Shown here piece by piece: positions 62,371-64,000 of a DNA stretch of 64,000 nt. Positions within the stretch are counted from its first letter, which is position 1; the number at the start of each line of letters is the position of its first letter. Source of the stretch: the human T2T-CHM13v2.0 reference genome, Homo sapiens; assembly GCF_009914755.1 (NCBI RefSeq), contig NC_060929.1; one strand, 5' to 3'. Below the pieces are notes generated by a model, which was not told the origin of the DNA, did not search any database, and worked only from the letters and a program-made list of their open reading frames with translations. A program made the position numbers and the translations under genes.

Positions 62371-62728
62371 CTTAGTCTGGCTTTGCTGCTACAACAAGAT
62401 ACATAAGAAAGGATGTTTTATAAAGAACAGAAATTAAATTTAGTGTGTGGAGATGGTGTGTTTTCTGCTTTCATCATGATGGCTTGCTGCTGCGTCCTCC
62501 AGAGGGCAAGTACACTGCACATTTACACAGCAGAAGAGATGGAAGGGGCAAATTCACACTCTCAAGCCTTTTTATAAGGGCTTATATCAAGTCCTTTTGT
62601 AAGGTACTAATCTCATCAATGCACATGGCCTAATCAACTCCTAAAGACCCCACCTCGTAATATTGTTGTATTTGGGATTAAGTTTTAACGTTAATTTTGA
62701 AGGGGACGTAAACATTCAGACTATAACA
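62371..62728 (-). mobile_element. MaLR LTR (MLT1A/MSTD-like), internally deleted
   Basis: tcttagtc...ctgctacaaca...cctaatcaactcctaaagaccccacctc...aaacattcagactataaca. Confidence 0.75.
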
Positions 62729-62774
62729 CCCGTGTTCAGGTAGGGCTTCCAGCAGCTGTGTCCTCAAGTCTCTC

Positions 62775-63133
62775 TATTAGTTTGCTGGGACTTCCATAAC
62801 AAAATGTCACAAGAGAAATTTATTTTTTCTGGCAGTTATGGAGACTATCAGGCCAATATAAGGTGTTGGGAAGTTTGGTTTCTCCTGAAGTCTCTCTTTT
62901 TGCCTTTTCACTGCCTGTCACATGATACTTCCTCTGTGCAGGTACAGCCCTGGTATCCCTACCTGTTCTTATTAGGGCATCAGTTACATTGCATTAGGAC
63001 CCATCCATATGAGTTCATTTAACAATATTTGCCTCTCTAAACTTGCTATATCCAAATTCAGTCACATTCTAAGGTGTACTGGGGGTTAATATTTCAACAT
63101 ATGAATTTAGGGGCATTCAATTCAGTCCATAAT
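62775..63133 (-). mobile_element. MLT1A0/MLT1B-like LTR
   Basis: tattagtttgct...ccataacaaaat...cagtcacattctaaggt...ttcaacatatgaattt...aattcagtccataa. Confidence 0.78.
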
Positions 63134-64000
63134 ATTCTCAAAGAGGGGGAGGGTTTTGCTGCCAACCAATAATGTATAAGCAACATACTAGAGAAACAAA
63201 CTGATATTGCTTTAAATCATAAAAAATTTAGGGTTACTTTTTTAAACCAAAGCATAAACTTGCCCATTTTTTTCTCACATAGAATATATTATATAGACGT
63301 TGGGTGTTGCTGTAACAGAATATTAAGATATATGATATTGAATCATTAGTCTTTTTAGACAGTAAAAAAATAGCTACATTTGGGATATAGAAAGATGGTG
63401 ATCTTGGTTATACACTTGAAAATATTTTATAAAACTCTCATCTACTATGATTTAGACAGTAGATAATTAGGGTAAGCTTCCATCCAAATTTGCTTAGTAC
63501 AGTCTTAGTTAATCCCAGTATTACCATTTATAGAATTTCCTTTTCTCTCAAAAGTGTTCTGGTTTGAGCAACATATCATATAGTCTCCCTCCAGATAATT
63601 TAGTTCACAGCAATTTCATTTTATTGGAAGAATTTAGAAAATAAAATATTGCTGGTTAAATATGATAGCTATTAAAATAAACATATGGATTCAGAAATGA
63701 ATCATCTACTTTGCAAGCAGAAATGAAATGAATTAGACAAATTCCAGAAATTCACGGCCTTGAAGTATTGAAAAATCCAGTTATTTCAGACATAATTAGA
63801 GAGAAATTTGAGAAATGCTTTGAGTCATTAAATTCCAATGTAAAAGTCAAACTGAAAGTAAAATCATTGAATTTATTCTTAAAAACTGAACGAATGAACA
63901 ATATTCTTGAGAAAAAAGGCCCAAATATGGGTGTGAAAGTGAGTCAAATGTTTCTCTTAGAAATGGCAAATGTGAGAAATGAGACCAAATTAATGAATTT

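Overview
AT-rich, repeat-dense primate genomic DNA, almost certainly human because it carries an AluYb-lineage element. It looks intronic or intergenic and contains no complete protein-coding gene. Most of it is explained by LINE-1 pieces of several ages (two with twin-priming 5' inversions, one young L1PA nested in an older L1), about 14 Alus, MaLR/ERV solo LTRs, hAT DNA transposons (MER1B, MER63-like), L2/MIR relics and microsatellites. There is also a processed PPIA (cyclophilin A) pseudogene at 45915-46623 (-) and a 5'-truncated 7SL retrocopy. The one stretch repeats do not explain is a repeat-poor island at about 30.2-37 kb. It holds a CpG-retaining candidate minus-strand exon (ATG 33143, donor after 32918) and a frame-compatible 44-nt candidate exon (31895-31938); I cannot assign these to a known gene. 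I found no prokaryote-style novel system. Repeat family names are from recalled consensus sequences, not a database run.
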